From positions 1-37,821 of the forward strand of contig CBESZZ010000001.1 of assembly GCA_965534055.1 (NCBI GenBank): 37,821 bases of DNA. The letters are read 5' to 3'. Below are positions 8,158-17,630 of the stretch, piece by piece. Below the pieces are notes generated by a model. The model made no database searches. It saw only the letters and a list, made by a program, of their open reading frames with translations, and was not told the origin of the DNA. Origin of the DNA: an uncultured bacterium. GTDB taxonomy: Bacteria > Planctomycetota > UBA1135 > UBA2386. How positions within the stretch are numbered: position 1 is the stretch's first letter; each line of letters begins with the position of its first letter. Both the position numbers and the translations under genes were made by a program.

Positions 8158-11100
8158 CTAGCGCAATCGGACTTCCACGGGTTCGGAACTCGCGCCGTCC
8201 ACCTGCATCTCGAACATGCCACGCAGGCCCGTGTTGGTTTCAACTTCGATCAAGTATCTCCCCGGCGCAAACCCGGCGCTCCATCGGTACGGTGCCTGCT
8301 TGTACGAGTTCAGGTTCTGCTCATAGATCGATTCACCGTTGCTCTTGACGGAAACGTACAACCCATATGGCCATGGAGCATCCTTCGGCATCTCAAACCG
8401 CAGTTGCCGATGGTGAGCAAGAACGGGGTTGATGCTATCCACCGTCTCTTCCCCCGAACGGACTTCAACGGTGCGCTCGATCGGAGCCATGTTTTCACCC
8501 CACAACCGCAGTCGGTAAGTGCCTTCGGCGAGCCGGGCGGAGAAGCCGTTGCGCGCGGCAACCACGAGAGACGCTTGGCCTGAGGGTGCTGCAACATAGA
8601 GCTGACGCCCCACGGTCACCGCACTATCGAGGGCCCCTTGCGCAAGCTCTGACTCAAGCACTGCAAAGCCACGGGCTCCTCGCAGAGGCACATTGTTGGG
8701 AAAAACCGCATCCACCCGAACCGTCCCTGGCGGCTTCAACAGCAGTTCGCCCAAGTTCAGAACGCGGCCCGGTTCAATGCTCACAACGACAGCTGGCACA
8801 ACCAAGCCTGCAGTCTTGGTGCGCACGATCAGTCGGTAGTTCCCGGGCGGGAGCTCACGAACCGTGAACCCGCCATCCGCATCAACTTTTAGCGGCCGCG
8901 ACCCCTCGCCGGGCACCGGCCAGAGGATAGCCGTCGGACTCTTCAACGGAGATCCCTGACTGTCGACAACACGTCCGATCAAGCCACCCGGCTGAAGTTG
9001 AGTATCATCGATCTCGATGGTGATTGGCGCCTCGGACGGCCAAACCCCGCGAACGATTCGATGCGGTGGCGAACCCAGAACCGCGCCGCGGCGCAGCTCG
9101 AGCGAGTAACCCTCCTTGGTGAGACCATCGATTCGAAACTTCCCGGCTTGATTGGAACCGCTCCACTTCCTCTTGGTGCGACCAATCAAGCGAAGGCTCC
9201 AATCTGGTTGAGGCTTGCCTACGGAGTTGACCACAAGCCCAGAGATCGAACCGTCCCCGACAAACTCAAGCACCGGGTTCCAAGTCAGAGTTTCACCACG
9301 ACGCGCCTTAAGAATCGTTTTTGTCCGCCGTCCGTCCGGGTGCCTTGCATCAACCGCAACGACCCCCGTGGGCAAGTCGGCGAGAACGTAGCTGCCATTG
9401 CGATTCGTCTGCGTCGAACGAGTTCCGTATTCGCCGAGCTCACCCGCGTAGATCCGGGCACCCCCTGCCGGTTCACCGCCTCCATCCACGGCCGTTCCTC
9501 GCACGGTTACGCCGCGCTCCAGCGCTAACTCAATCAGCGTTTCGGTGTGAGCGAGCAACACGAACTCTTGCCGAATCGCCGCGAAACCCGCGGCTCGCGA
9601 CTCCACAGCCGTACGCCCGATGGGCAGCCCTTTGGCTTCGAATCGACCATCCGCATCAGCGGTTAGCATGCGCGACGGAGGTGGAAGCAACCAGCCATTG
9701 GGTTTCCGAAACGGTTCAGTGTCTAACCACCCCAGTCGCACCGGCGCCCCAGCGACCGAGTTGCCCGCGCGATCTACCACCCGCCCAACAACCGCAGCAC
9801 CGCCAACTCGCAGTGCGAACACAACGACCTTGGTTCCTGGTTTCGGCTCGGCCAACTGGCTCATCACCTCCAACCCAGAGGGTATGTAACCCGCCTTGCG
9901 GGCACTCAGCGTGTTGCCATCACCAAGGCCTTCCAATCGGAAGAAACCTTCTGCATCCGTGCGCGCCACAACCGCCACCGGGATTCCGACCATGTACTGA
10001 ATCCCCGACACGACTTCAGCGTCCGCAACGGGTGCCTGCAGTTCGTCGACGACGCGCCCCTCTAGGGTGATGCCGCGTGCAATCTTCAGCTCGCACCGCG
10101 CTTCGCTGCCAGCAACGACCTGGAGCATCTCAGGTTTGTCGCCGCCAAAGTCACATACGCGGAGGTGGCCGGGTTCGATCGCTTCGATGCGCGCTTCACC
10201 TTTCTCGTCGGTGAGGCCATAGCGCGGTCGGCGCTCAGAAGGCGAAATCCACATGCAGCCAATGCGGCGTCCTTTCGCGGGTTCGCCGTTGTCCTTCCAG
10301 ACCGCATGCACAACGAGAGTCGTTTCAACGCTGATTTCGCGGCTCGCAAGAGATCGCTGGAGTCCCTCAGTCGGGGCCGGCTGAAGTTCAGAGCGTGTGG
10401 ATGGCTCGTTCTCAACTGCGGGCATCGTCTCGCCACTCGCGACTACAGCCGCTGCAACAGGCTCGACGGTCTCGGGATTCGTGGAATCAGTCGGATTCAT
10501 TGAGTCCCCAACGAAGACTCCAACGACAACCAGCAGCAATACGCCGACAATAGGCAACAGAATGTTTTTCACGGCAATGACTCCGACAACAGCAGTCGTG
10601 GAAACGACACTGAGACCCGCTTGGTGCAGGGCATGTTGAACGCAATGCTGCTTGATCGCGGCGGCCGCAGGACTCTGCAACCAACCAACAACCGCAGCGG
10701 ACAAACCGGCCGACGCGTAGCTCGCCGGCAACAACCTCCGCAACTGATCCAACCCTCGGTGAAGTTGCGAGCGCACCGTGCCTTGGGGCCGCCGCAGCAC
10801 ATCGGCGATCGCTGCAGGCGACAAGCCATGGCGAAGGTGCAGCTCCAGCACTTGCCGATACGGATCGCGCTGCTGTCGCAAGGCGTTGGTGAGCGCAGCA
10901 GAAAGTTCGCGAATCGACGCGGCATCTACCGGGGACGCATCCAGCGACTCGACACGCTGCAACGCATCAGCTGGCGTCGCATCGGTAGGAAGCGCCACTT
11001 GTGAGGGCGTCGCATTCGCGGCGCCAGCACGCATTTGGCGCGACGTATTGCGGCGTGTCCACTCTCGTTGAGCATGGTTGCTCAGGATCCCAAGCAGCCA

Positions 11101-11388
11101 AGGCATGAGCCGTGCCTGAACATCGAACCGCGGGGCGGACTCGATTGCGGCGAGGAACGTACTCTGGACCAGGTCTTCGGCGGCTCCTTGATCCTGCGCT
11201 AAGTGCACCGCAACACGCATCAACTCACCTGCCGTTCGATCGAACACCTTTGCCAAGGCACGGGCTTCGCCATGTTGGCGGTAGCGCAGAAACAGCTGTT
11301 CGACGGATTCGGACCTCACAACCACTCCTTCAACTTGGGCGGGTCCAGCGTTGCATCGTGGTGGAGGTTTTCTCACAAATCCGGCCAT
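8158..11388 (-). CDS. ECF sigma factor fused via one TM helix to about 8 tandem carboxypeptidase-regulatory-like (transthyretin-like) domains
   Basis: One uninterrupted ORF. Sigma region 2: AEDLVQSTFLAAIESAPRFDVQARLMPWLLGILSNHAQREWTRR. Region 4: LELHLRHGLSPAAIADVLRRPQGTVRSQLHRGLDQLRR. TM helix: ILLPIVGVLLLVVVGVFVG (about 10507-10602). The remainder carries repeated G(R/T/L)VVDxxGxPvxxAxV units (GRVVDELQAPVADAEV, GRVVDRAGNSVAGAPV, GTAVDGGGEPAGGARI, GRVVDSQGSPLKSPTA ...). The start is taken at ATG 11386-11388 (MAGFVRK...); the longer track ORF reaches 11679. Confidence 0.8.
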   Translation of the reverse strand: MAGFVRKPPPRCNAGPAQVEGVVVRSESVEQLFLRYRQHGEARALAKVFDRTAGELMRVAVHLAQDQGAAEDLVQSTFLAAIESAPRFDVQARLMPWLLGILSNHAQREWTRRNTSRQMRAGAANATPSQVALPTDATPADALQRVESLDASPVDAASIRELSAALTNALRQQRDPYRQVLELHLRHGLSPAAIADVLRRPQGTVRSQLHRGLDQLRRLLPASYASAGLSAAVVGWLQSPAAAAIKQHCVQHALHQAGLSVVSTTAVVGVIAVKNILLPIVGVLLLVVVGVFVGDSMNPTDSTNPETVEPVAAAVVASGETMPAVENEPSTRSELQPAPTEGLQRSLASREISVETTLVVHAVWKDNGEPAKGRRIGCMWISPSERRPRYGLTDEKGEARIEAIEPGHLRVCDFGGDKPEMLQVVAGSEARCELKIARGITLEGRVVDELQAPVADAEVVSGIQYMVGIPVAVVARTDAEGFFRLEGLGDGNTLSARKAGYIPSGLEVMSQLAEPKPGTKVVVFALRVGGAAVVGRVVDRAGNSVAGAPVRLGWLDTEPFRKPNGWLLPPPSRMLTADADGRFEAKGLPIGRTAVESRAAGFAAIRQEFVLLAHTETLIELALERGVTVRGTAVDGGGEPAGGARIYAGELGEYGTRSTQTNRNGSYVLADLPTGVVAVDARHPDGRRTKTILKARRGETLTWNPVLEFVGDGSISGLVVNSVGKPQPDWSLRLIGRTKRKWSGSNQAGKFRIDGLTKEGYSLELRRGAVLGSPPHRIVRGVWPSEAPITIEIDDTQLQPGGLIGRVVDSQGSPLKSPTAILWPVPGEGSRPLKVDADGGFTVRELPPGNYRLIVRTKTAGLVVPAVVVSIEPGRVLNLGELLLKPPGTVRVDAVFPNNVPLRGARGFAVLESELAQGALDSAVTVGRQLYVAAPSGQASLVVAARNGFSARLAEGTYRLRLWGENMAPIERTVEVRSGEETVDSINPVLAHHRQLRFEMPKDAPWPYGLYVSVKSNGESIYEQNLNSYKQAPYRWSAGFAPGRYLIEVETNTGLRGMFEMQVDGASSEPVEVRLR

Positions 11389-11590
11389 GGTGTGGCTTCT
11401 CAACGACCTGAACCCCCAAGTGTGGTGAATCCGTAACGCACGCCCGGTGCGCCGCCGCCGAGCGCGTAGCTCCAGGTCTCTGAGACTCAAAGGGTCGCCT
11501 CCAGCGCACGAAGTCACGAGACCCGGAGCGGTGCCCGGGTCATGATGGTTCAGCCACCATGACTCATTCATCGCAACCGCGGCCGTTCCA

Positions 11591-12265
11591 TTGATCCCAA
11601 GAGAGCTTCTGGCCACAGCGCCGGTCCCAGGCGAGGGCGGCGGCGACATGCAGCTCTTCCGCCGGGGCACCGAGTTCATGCTCTACGTGCGGAACGCCCC
11701 GCTGATGACCAGCCGTGTCCGCGGCTCAGAAGAGCAACTGGCCGAGCTGGCGCTCGAGCGCATTCAGACGAAGAAGCCCCCTAGAGTCCTCGTCGGGGGT
11801 CTGGGCATGGGGTTCACGCTCGCCCGCGTACTTGCTCTGGTGGACGAAGGTGCGACGGTCGATGTCGTCGAGCTCGTGCCCGAGATCGTCGATTGGAATC
11901 GCGAGTGGTTCGGCGAGCTGTGCGAACACCCGCTGCGCGACCCCCGCGTGACGGTCATCGTAGGCGACGTGGTCAGCACGATTCGCCAAGCCAAAGCTAC
12001 CTACGACGTGATCCTGCTCGACGTGGACAACGGTCCTGAAGGCTTGACGCTGCGCAGCAACGATCGGCTGTACAACCAGAATGGCCTGCTCGCGGCACGC
12101 AAATCGCTTAGGCCAGCCGGCGTGGTCGCAGTTTGGTCCGCCGACAACTTGCCGTGGTTTACCGATCGCATGCGCGGATGCGGGTTCGCCGTCAAGGAGC
12201 GGCGCGTGCGCGCGCAGCGGACGAAAGGCGCCCGTCAGATGATCTGGACCGGCAAGCGAACCTAG
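11591..12265 (+). CDS. Spermidine-synthase-like class I SAM-dependent methyltransferase-fold protein
   Basis: GxGxG SAM-binding site VLVGGLGMGFTL, plus VDVVELVPEIVDW and DVILLDVDNGPEGL. The TTG start at 11591 preserves the family-like N-terminus IPRELLATAPVPG; an ATG alternative lies at 11648. Confidence 0.75.
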   Translation: MIPRELLATAPVPGEGGGDMQLFRRGTEFMLYVRNAPLMTSRVRGSEEQLAELALERIQTKKPPRVLVGGLGMGFTLARVLALVDEGATVDVVELVPEIVDWNREWFGELCEHPLRDPRVTVIVGDVVSTIRQAKATYDVILLDVDNGPEGLTLRSNDRLYNQNGLLAARKSLRPAGVVAVWSADNLPWFTDRMRGCGFAVKERRVRAQRTKGARQMIWTGKRT

Positions 12266-12330
12266 GCAAGCGCGCTTTCAGCGGCGGGCCTAGCCTGCCC
12301 GATCGCACGATTCACACCCACGGTTCAAAC

Positions 12331-14394
12331 ATGAATTTCACCGCTCGCCCTCATCACGATCTTGTGTTCGCGGCGACGGCGCTCGTCGCGGTGAGTTGCG
12401 GCGGCGGCAGCAGCGCCCCGATCGCCCCGCCACCGCAAGGAATCTCGTGGACGAACCTTGGACCCGAGGGCGGCTTCGTTGCCAGCGTCGCGTTTCACCC
12501 AACAATCGAGAACGAGGTGTGGGCTTCGGGAGACAACGGCAGCGGCATCTTCCGCTCCGCGGATGCCGGACAGACTTGGGCTCGATTCACCAACGCGCCC
12601 CAAGATCACGCCACCCATGCGTTGACGCTAGACGCCGCGAACCCGAGCCGCACCTATGCACCGAACTACTCTGGTCGAGGCATGCTCCGCACGATGGATG
12701 GCGGCACCACTTGGGACGTCACCGGGAGTGGACTACGAGGAACGGTGGGAAGCGCCGTCTACGACATGGCGGTCGACCCCACGAGCCCGACCACGATCTA
12801 TGCCTGCACGGCAAGCGGGCTCCTGCAATCCATCGACACGGGCGCAACGTTCGCACAGTTGAGGTCTCGTACGTTCGTGTCGGAGTTCGACTTCCGCGCC
12901 GTGGCCGTGTCGAACCATGGCGTGTTCGTTGGCACTGCCGAAGGCCGCGTCCATCACTCGACGGATTCGGGCGCGTCATGGAGCGAGATCACCACCACCA
13001 CTGGAGACGCGATCTCCGACTTGGCGCTTTCGACTTCGACGCTCTACATCGCCGAAGTCGACGCAACCATTCTTCGTACGAACGCCGCCAACCCAAGCTT
13101 CGTTGAGACTCTCAACCAAGGGGGCGGCTTCGGCTTCATCACCAGCGGACGATGGACCAAACTTACCGTCGCTTCTGGAGCCTCGGCCAACAGCGACCTT
13201 CTCTGCGTCGGAACCGTGTCCACTCCAAGCAGCGGGCAATGGGGGTTCTTCGTGAGCTTCGACGGAGGCCGAATCTTCGAGCGTCGCACGAACGGGATAC
13301 CCCGCGCCTCTGTGTTCTCGATCGCCATCGATCCATTCAACCCGCGGCGAATGATCGTTGGCACGATCGGCGACGGCATCTACCGGAGCGTGGACGCCGG
13401 GCTCAACTGGACAGCCGCCAACACGGGAGTTGTCGCGACCAACAGCATCGGATTCGCAGAAGACCCCACCGATTCGCAACACCTGCTGGTGAGCTCCACC
13501 GACGAATTCAACGGCACCCCAGGAGTCTTCGAATCCAACGATGGTGGCGCGAACTGGTCACCCGTCTTCGGGTTTCCAAACGACGCTGCAGCGCTCGATA
13601 TCGACCCCGTGAACCCCAGGATTTGGTTGGCCGGTGGCTTCAACGGCAACAACAACTTCAACCCGGGCGTCCAACGATCGACCACCGGAGCCAACGGGCC
13701 ATGGACGCCAGCGCTGCCGACCAGCCTGCAGATCGACCGATTCGAACGAACCGACTCCACGGTATTCGCGCTTGCAACCGCGTTCTCTGCACCCGCGACA
13801 GCGGCGGACGTCGGGCTCTACGCATCTACCGACTCTGGCGCCACGTGGGCGAAGCGCTTCACCGGTGCCGTCCAAGATCTCGCCGTTCACCCATCGGAAA
13901 CCGACCACCTCGTCGTCGTCGGCGTGAACGCGTGCGCATCGACGAACGCATTCGCCACGTCTTCACCGACTCTTGGTCTCGCGTCGTTTGCGCCCCTCAG
14001 CCGATTCACGTCGGTTGAGTTCGTGTCTCCCACCCACCTGCTCGTCGGTGGCGCACGCAGCGAACTCTTCGAAACTCGAAACTACAACCCCAGCGGAGCC
14101 GGCGTGACGTGGGCGCGCGTCACCACTCCTGCCGTGGCTGTGCTCGTAAGCGACATCCACGTGGTCAACGGCTACTGGTACATCGTCTGCTCCCTGAATC
14201 CATCGCTCTCAACCCTCGATGCAACACCAGGGATCTTGCGTTCCACCGATGAAGGCGCGAACTGGACGTTCATCGACAGCGACGCGTCCGCGTCGCGCCT
14301 CACGCGACGGCTGCACCGTGCGCGGGGATCAAACTCGCGATTCTATGCCGGAATGGCCGGCGGTGGGTTGCTGCGGCTCGACGACGTGCGGTAG
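12331..14394 (+). CDS. BNR/Asp-box repeat beta-propeller lipoprotein (sialidase/Sortilin-Vps10/Ycf48-like fold)
   Basis: ATG at 12331 with a signal peptide and lipobox, LVAVSC. Nine SxDxGxTW-type Asp boxes: SADAGQTW, TMDGGTTW, SIDTGATF, STDSGASW, SFDGGRIF, SVDAGLNW, SNDGGANW, STDSGATW, STDEGANW. The track ORF start at 12133 overlaps the upstream gene. Confidence 0.85.
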   Translation: MNFTARPHHDLVFAATALVAVSCGGGSSAPIAPPPQGISWTNLGPEGGFVASVAFHPTIENEVWASGDNGSGIFRSADAGQTWARFTNAPQDHATHALTLDAANPSRTYAPNYSGRGMLRTMDGGTTWDVTGSGLRGTVGSAVYDMAVDPTSPTTIYACTASGLLQSIDTGATFAQLRSRTFVSEFDFRAVAVSNHGVFVGTAEGRVHHSTDSGASWSEITTTTGDAISDLALSTSTLYIAEVDATILRTNAANPSFVETLNQGGGFGFITSGRWTKLTVASGASANSDLLCVGTVSTPSSGQWGFFVSFDGGRIFERRTNGIPRASVFSIAIDPFNPRRMIVGTIGDGIYRSVDAGLNWTAANTGVVATNSIGFAEDPTDSQHLLVSSTDEFNGTPGVFESNDGGANWSPVFGFPNDAAALDIDPVNPRIWLAGGFNGNNNFNPGVQRSTTGANGPWTPALPTSLQIDRFERTDSTVFALATAFSAPATAADVGLYASTDSGATWAKRFTGAVQDLAVHPSETDHLVVVGVNACASTNAFATSSPTLGLASFAPLSRFTSVEFVSPTHLLVGGARSELFETRNYNPSGAGVTWARVTTPAVAVLVSDIHVVNGYWYIVCSLNPSLSTLDATPGILRSTDEGANWTFIDSDASASRLTRRLHRARGSNSRFYAGMAGGGLLRLDDVR

Positions 14395-14397
14395 GCC

Positions 14398-14430
14398 GGC
14401 GTCCGAGCCGACCAGGCTGACGCCTTTCTT
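14398..14430 (+). terminator. Rho-independent-like terminator after the BNR lipoprotein gene
   Basis: GGCGTC(14398-14403)-cg-AGCC(14406-14409), loop GACCA, GGCT(14415-14418)-GACGCC(14419-14424), followed by TTTCTT (14425-14430). The structure starts 4 nt after the TAG stop. Confidence 0.5.
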
Positions 14431-14504
14431 GTCATCCGGCACCGCGCGAACAGGCGCCTGCCACCTGCCTTCGGCTACGATCACTGCCAGATGGCAGGGC
14501 TTCG

Positions 14505-17500
14505 ATGAACGATGCGGCGCGCGACGCCGAGCTGGACCGGCTGATTGCCGCGTGTCTGGAGCGGTTCGAACAGGTCGGAGAAACCGCACTCGACGAGTTC
14601 GTGGCCGAGCACCCCGAGCACGCGGACGTCTTGCAGCGGCGAATCGTCATGCTGCGAGACACTGGGATGCTCACCGCGCCAGGAGAAGCGAGTGCGGCGT
14701 CTGACGAGCAAACGATCCCCGATCGCTTGGGTTCGTTTCAGATCTTGCGTTGCCTTGGGGGTGGGGGAATGGGCGTCGTGTATCTCGCCGTCCAAGAAGA
14801 ACTGGGCCGCGAGGTCGCACTGAAACTCGTGCGGCCGGACCAGATGTACTTTCCTCGCACCCGTGAACGCTTTCGTCGCGAGATCGAAGTCATCTCGAAA
14901 CTACAGCATCCCGGAATCGTGCCGATCTACGCGGTGGGCGAAGAGGACGGAGTTCCTTACTTCGCCATGGAGAGAGTTCGGGGCTGCACGCTGCACGATG
15001 TGTTGCAACACCTCGCCGGGACCGATCCAAACGAGCTCACTGGTCGCGACTTAGCGATCGCCGTGAAACGCTGCTCGGATGAGGAGGACGACTTGCAGGC
15101 CGATGCTGATCCAGCGCTCGGCTACGTTTTCTCCGGTAGCTGGGAAGATGCCTGTTTGCGATTGGTGCGCCAAATCGCCGAAGCGCTCGAGCACGCACAC
15201 CGTCGCGACGTCGTGCACCGCGACATCAAGCCATCCAACGTCATGGTGACTCCGAGCGGGCGAGCGATGATGTTGGATTTCGGCCTTGCTGGTTCGGAAT
15301 CGACGCACTCGTTGACCCGCACCGGATCGAAGCTCGGCTCACTCCATCACATGGCGCCCGAGCAATCCCGGGGCGACACGCAGGCCGTTGGACCTCGCAC
15401 CGACATCTACGCCCTCGGTGTCACGCTCTACGAACTGCTTACCCTGACTCCCGCGTTTCGCGGCGAAGCCACTCACGAGATCGCTCGTGCCATTGAGTTG
15501 GGAGCTTTCACGCCGGTACGTCGGCGCAACACGGCGGTGAGCTGGGAAAGCGAGACCGTTTGTCATCGTGCCATGGCTCTTGAACCTGGCGAGCGCTACG
15601 CCACGGCGGTCGATTTCGCGCGAGACTTGGACAACGTCTTGGACCGTCGACCGATCGATGCGCGCCGTGCGGGAGCTGTGCTGCGCCTCAAACGGTGGGC
15701 CCAGCGAAACCCGGCGATCGCGGTCGGTTGCACCCTGGGACTGATTGCGGTGATCGGCGGCGCAATTGGGTACGCCGTGATTGAACATGACGCTCGGGAA
15801 CGAATCGCGGAGAAGCATGCTCGTGCGGAACGCAACTTCGAGCGAGCCACCCGAGCGGTGAACACCATGCTGACCAAGGTCGGTGACGAAACGTTGCGCA
15901 ACATCCCGCAGATGGAAGCGGTGCGCCGCGACCTGCTGCTCGAAGCCTTGGCCAGTTATCAGGAGTTCCTGGCGGACTCCGTGACGGATCCAGACCTGCG
16001 CGCTGAGACCGGTCGAATCCACTGCAAGATCGCGACGCTCCAATTCGACCTGCATGAAACGGAGAGCGCGCTGACTTCCGCTCGAAGCGCGATCACGATC
16101 TTCGAACAACTCGGGCAAGAGCATGCCTTTGCGCCGAGCGATCGATCGGAGTTGGCGCTGGCGCGACGCGTCGTCGCAGATGTCCTCGAGGAGACTGGAG
16201 ATCTAGCCGACGCGGACCAGGAGCGCCTCACGGCGATCAACGAACTGGAGCGATCCCGCGACGACAACACGCAGACCACGGATGAGACCGTGTTGTTGGC
16301 GCAATTGCGGCATGCACGAGGCACCGGTCTGCGGACGAGTGCCCCCGATGAAGCTGAGTCAGAGTTCCGCGCTGCACTTGCCATCATGGCGGAGCTCATC
16401 GTGAAGCACCCGGATCGGCACGAGTATCGGGCGATCGCTGCGCGCGGTCGGAGCCAATTGGCGGCTTCGCGCGGCGGCCGTGGACATCACAAGGAAGCGC
16501 TGCAACTGCACACCAAGAGCGTCGAGGACTTCGATCAACTTTTAGAGGCGGTTCCAGATCAACGGATCTACCGACGCCACTTGGCGATTGCGCTCTACAA
16601 CCAATCGATGGAGTTTGGCCGCGCCGATCGGTTCGATGAAGCTCTGGCCTCGTGCCGGCGCGTCGAGAAAATCTGGGTGCGAGAGATCGAGGACTTCCCC
16701 CGTTTTCTGGAGTACCGCTCGCTGCTTGCGGTGGCGCGCTCCAGGATTGCGACGCTGTTGGCGCGGCGAGGTGAGACCACCGCAGCGATCACCATCCTGG
16801 AAGCGAACAACCAGGACCTCCGCGCTCTCGTCGCCGAGCATCCGACCAATATCGAGTTTCGCTTCAACTTGGCGCTCGGCGTCAGCACCCTGTGCACTCG
16901 CTTGCTCAGGGAGCGCGAGTTCGAACGGGCGTTGCGCAGCGCAGACGATGCCGCTGAGTTGCTCGCCGAACTGGCCCGAAATCAGCCCAGTGATGCGGAG
17001 TTCCACTTCCACCTTGGGCGTGCGTTTGCAAAGCGTGGAAGTGCTCGAGAGGAGCTAGGGGATTTGCGCCAGGCCTGCGACGACTATCAACTCGCCATCA
17101 GCGAACAACTTCGAGTACGCAAGTTGGTATTCGACCATCAAGCTGGGCCCAGAAACCTGCGCAGCAACATTTGGAAGCTGGCGAACTGCCGCATCGATCT
17201 GGGACAACATCGCGAGGCCGCGACCGCGGGCGAGGAGTTCGTATCGAACTTCCCCGACCAAGGCACCGAATGGCGTCGCGCCGCCGAGGTGATCGCGCGA
17301 TGTGCCTGGCTGCCCGAGGACGACGACACTCTAGCTTTGGAAGCGCAGCAGGCAGCCGCCCGCAGCTACGACGAGCGCGCTTTCGAGCTGCTCCGCGGCG
17401 CGGTAGAGCGTGGTTTCGACCGCTTCGAAAGCCTGCAGAAAGCACCGACACTCGCGCGGGTCCGAACCCTTCCTGGATTCGAAGCCTGGTTCCGCGGACT

Positions 17501-17513
17501 CGTCAACGACTGA
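14505..17513 (+). CDS. Transmembrane Ser/Thr protein kinase with a C-terminal TPR-like helical repeat region
   Basis: Hanks kinase motifs: GGGGMGVVYLA, VALKLV, HRDIKPSNVMV, DFGLA and MAPEQ. TM helix: IAVGCTLGLIAVIGGAIGYAVI. It is followed by about 540 aa of helical repeats. Confidence 0.9.
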   Translation: MNDAARDAELDRLIAACLERFEQVGETALDEFVAEHPEHADVLQRRIVMLRDTGMLTAPGEASAASDEQTIPDRLGSFQILRCLGGGGMGVVYLAVQEELGREVALKLVRPDQMYFPRTRERFRREIEVISKLQHPGIVPIYAVGEEDGVPYFAMERVRGCTLHDVLQHLAGTDPNELTGRDLAIAVKRCSDEEDDLQADADPALGYVFSGSWEDACLRLVRQIAEALEHAHRRDVVHRDIKPSNVMVTPSGRAMMLDFGLAGSESTHSLTRTGSKLGSLHHMAPEQSRGDTQAVGPRTDIYALGVTLYELLTLTPAFRGEATHEIARAIELGAFTPVRRRNTAVSWESETVCHRAMALEPGERYATAVDFARDLDNVLDRRPIDARRAGAVLRLKRWAQRNPAIAVGCTLGLIAVIGGAIGYAVIEHDARERIAEKHARAERNFERATRAVNTMLTKVGDETLRNIPQMEAVRRDLLLEALASYQEFLADSVTDPDLRAETGRIHCKIATLQFDLHETESALTSARSAITIFEQLGQEHAFAPSDRSELALARRVVADVLEETGDLADADQERLTAINELERSRDDNTQTTDETVLLAQLRHARGTGLRTSAPDEAESEFRAALAIMAELIVKHPDRHEYRAIAARGRSQLAASRGGRGHHKEALQLHTKSVEDFDQLLEAVPDQRIYRRHLAIALYNQSMEFGRADRFDEALASCRRVEKIWVREIEDFPRFLEYRSLLAVARSRIATLLARRGETTAAITILEANNQDLRALVAEHPTNIEFRFNLALGVSTLCTRLLREREFERALRSADDAAELLAELARNQPSDAEFHFHLGRAFAKRGSAREELGDLRQACDDYQLAISEQLRVRKLVFDHQAGPRNLRSNIWKLANCRIDLGQHREAATAGEEFVSNFPDQGTEWRRAAEVIARCAWLPEDDDTLALEAQQAAARSYDERAFELLRGAVERGFDRFESLQKAPTLARVRTLPGFEAWFRGLVND

Positions 17514-17630
17514 CGAAAGCGCGTTGCGCCAGATGAAAGTGCTTGCCACACCTGCGCAGTTGCTCGTTGCCAGTCGGTGAGCCGGTGACTCGAAGCGGTT
17601 AGATGCTGCGGTTCGGCGAGGCGCGCTGAA

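Noticed and set aside
11389-11679. A 97-codon extension of the ECF-fusion ORF (MNSVPRRKSC...).
   Set aside because: It is P/R/G-rich, lies upstream of sigma region 2, and overlaps the divergent gene start at 11591. ATG 11388 gives a normal-length sigma N-terminus, although the exact start remains uncertain.
12396-14018. Out-of-frame plus-strand ORFs (236 aa and 288 aa) inside the BNR gene.
   Set aside because: They are arginine-rich nonsense frames. The annotated frame has nine Asp-box repeats.
15339-16124. A 261-aa ORF antisense to the TPR kinase. Similar antisense ORFs lie at 21263..22069, 23761..24555, 24287..24973 and 30679..31539.
   Set aside because: All lie fully inside or against well-supported genes, lack motifs, and show the R/A/G/P bias expected of open shadow frames in GC-rich DNA.
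17514-17630. A terminator between the convergent TPR-kinase and secreted-ORFan genes.
   Set aside because: Only 4-5 bp stems and a direct CGGTGA repeat were found, with no convincing hairpin.
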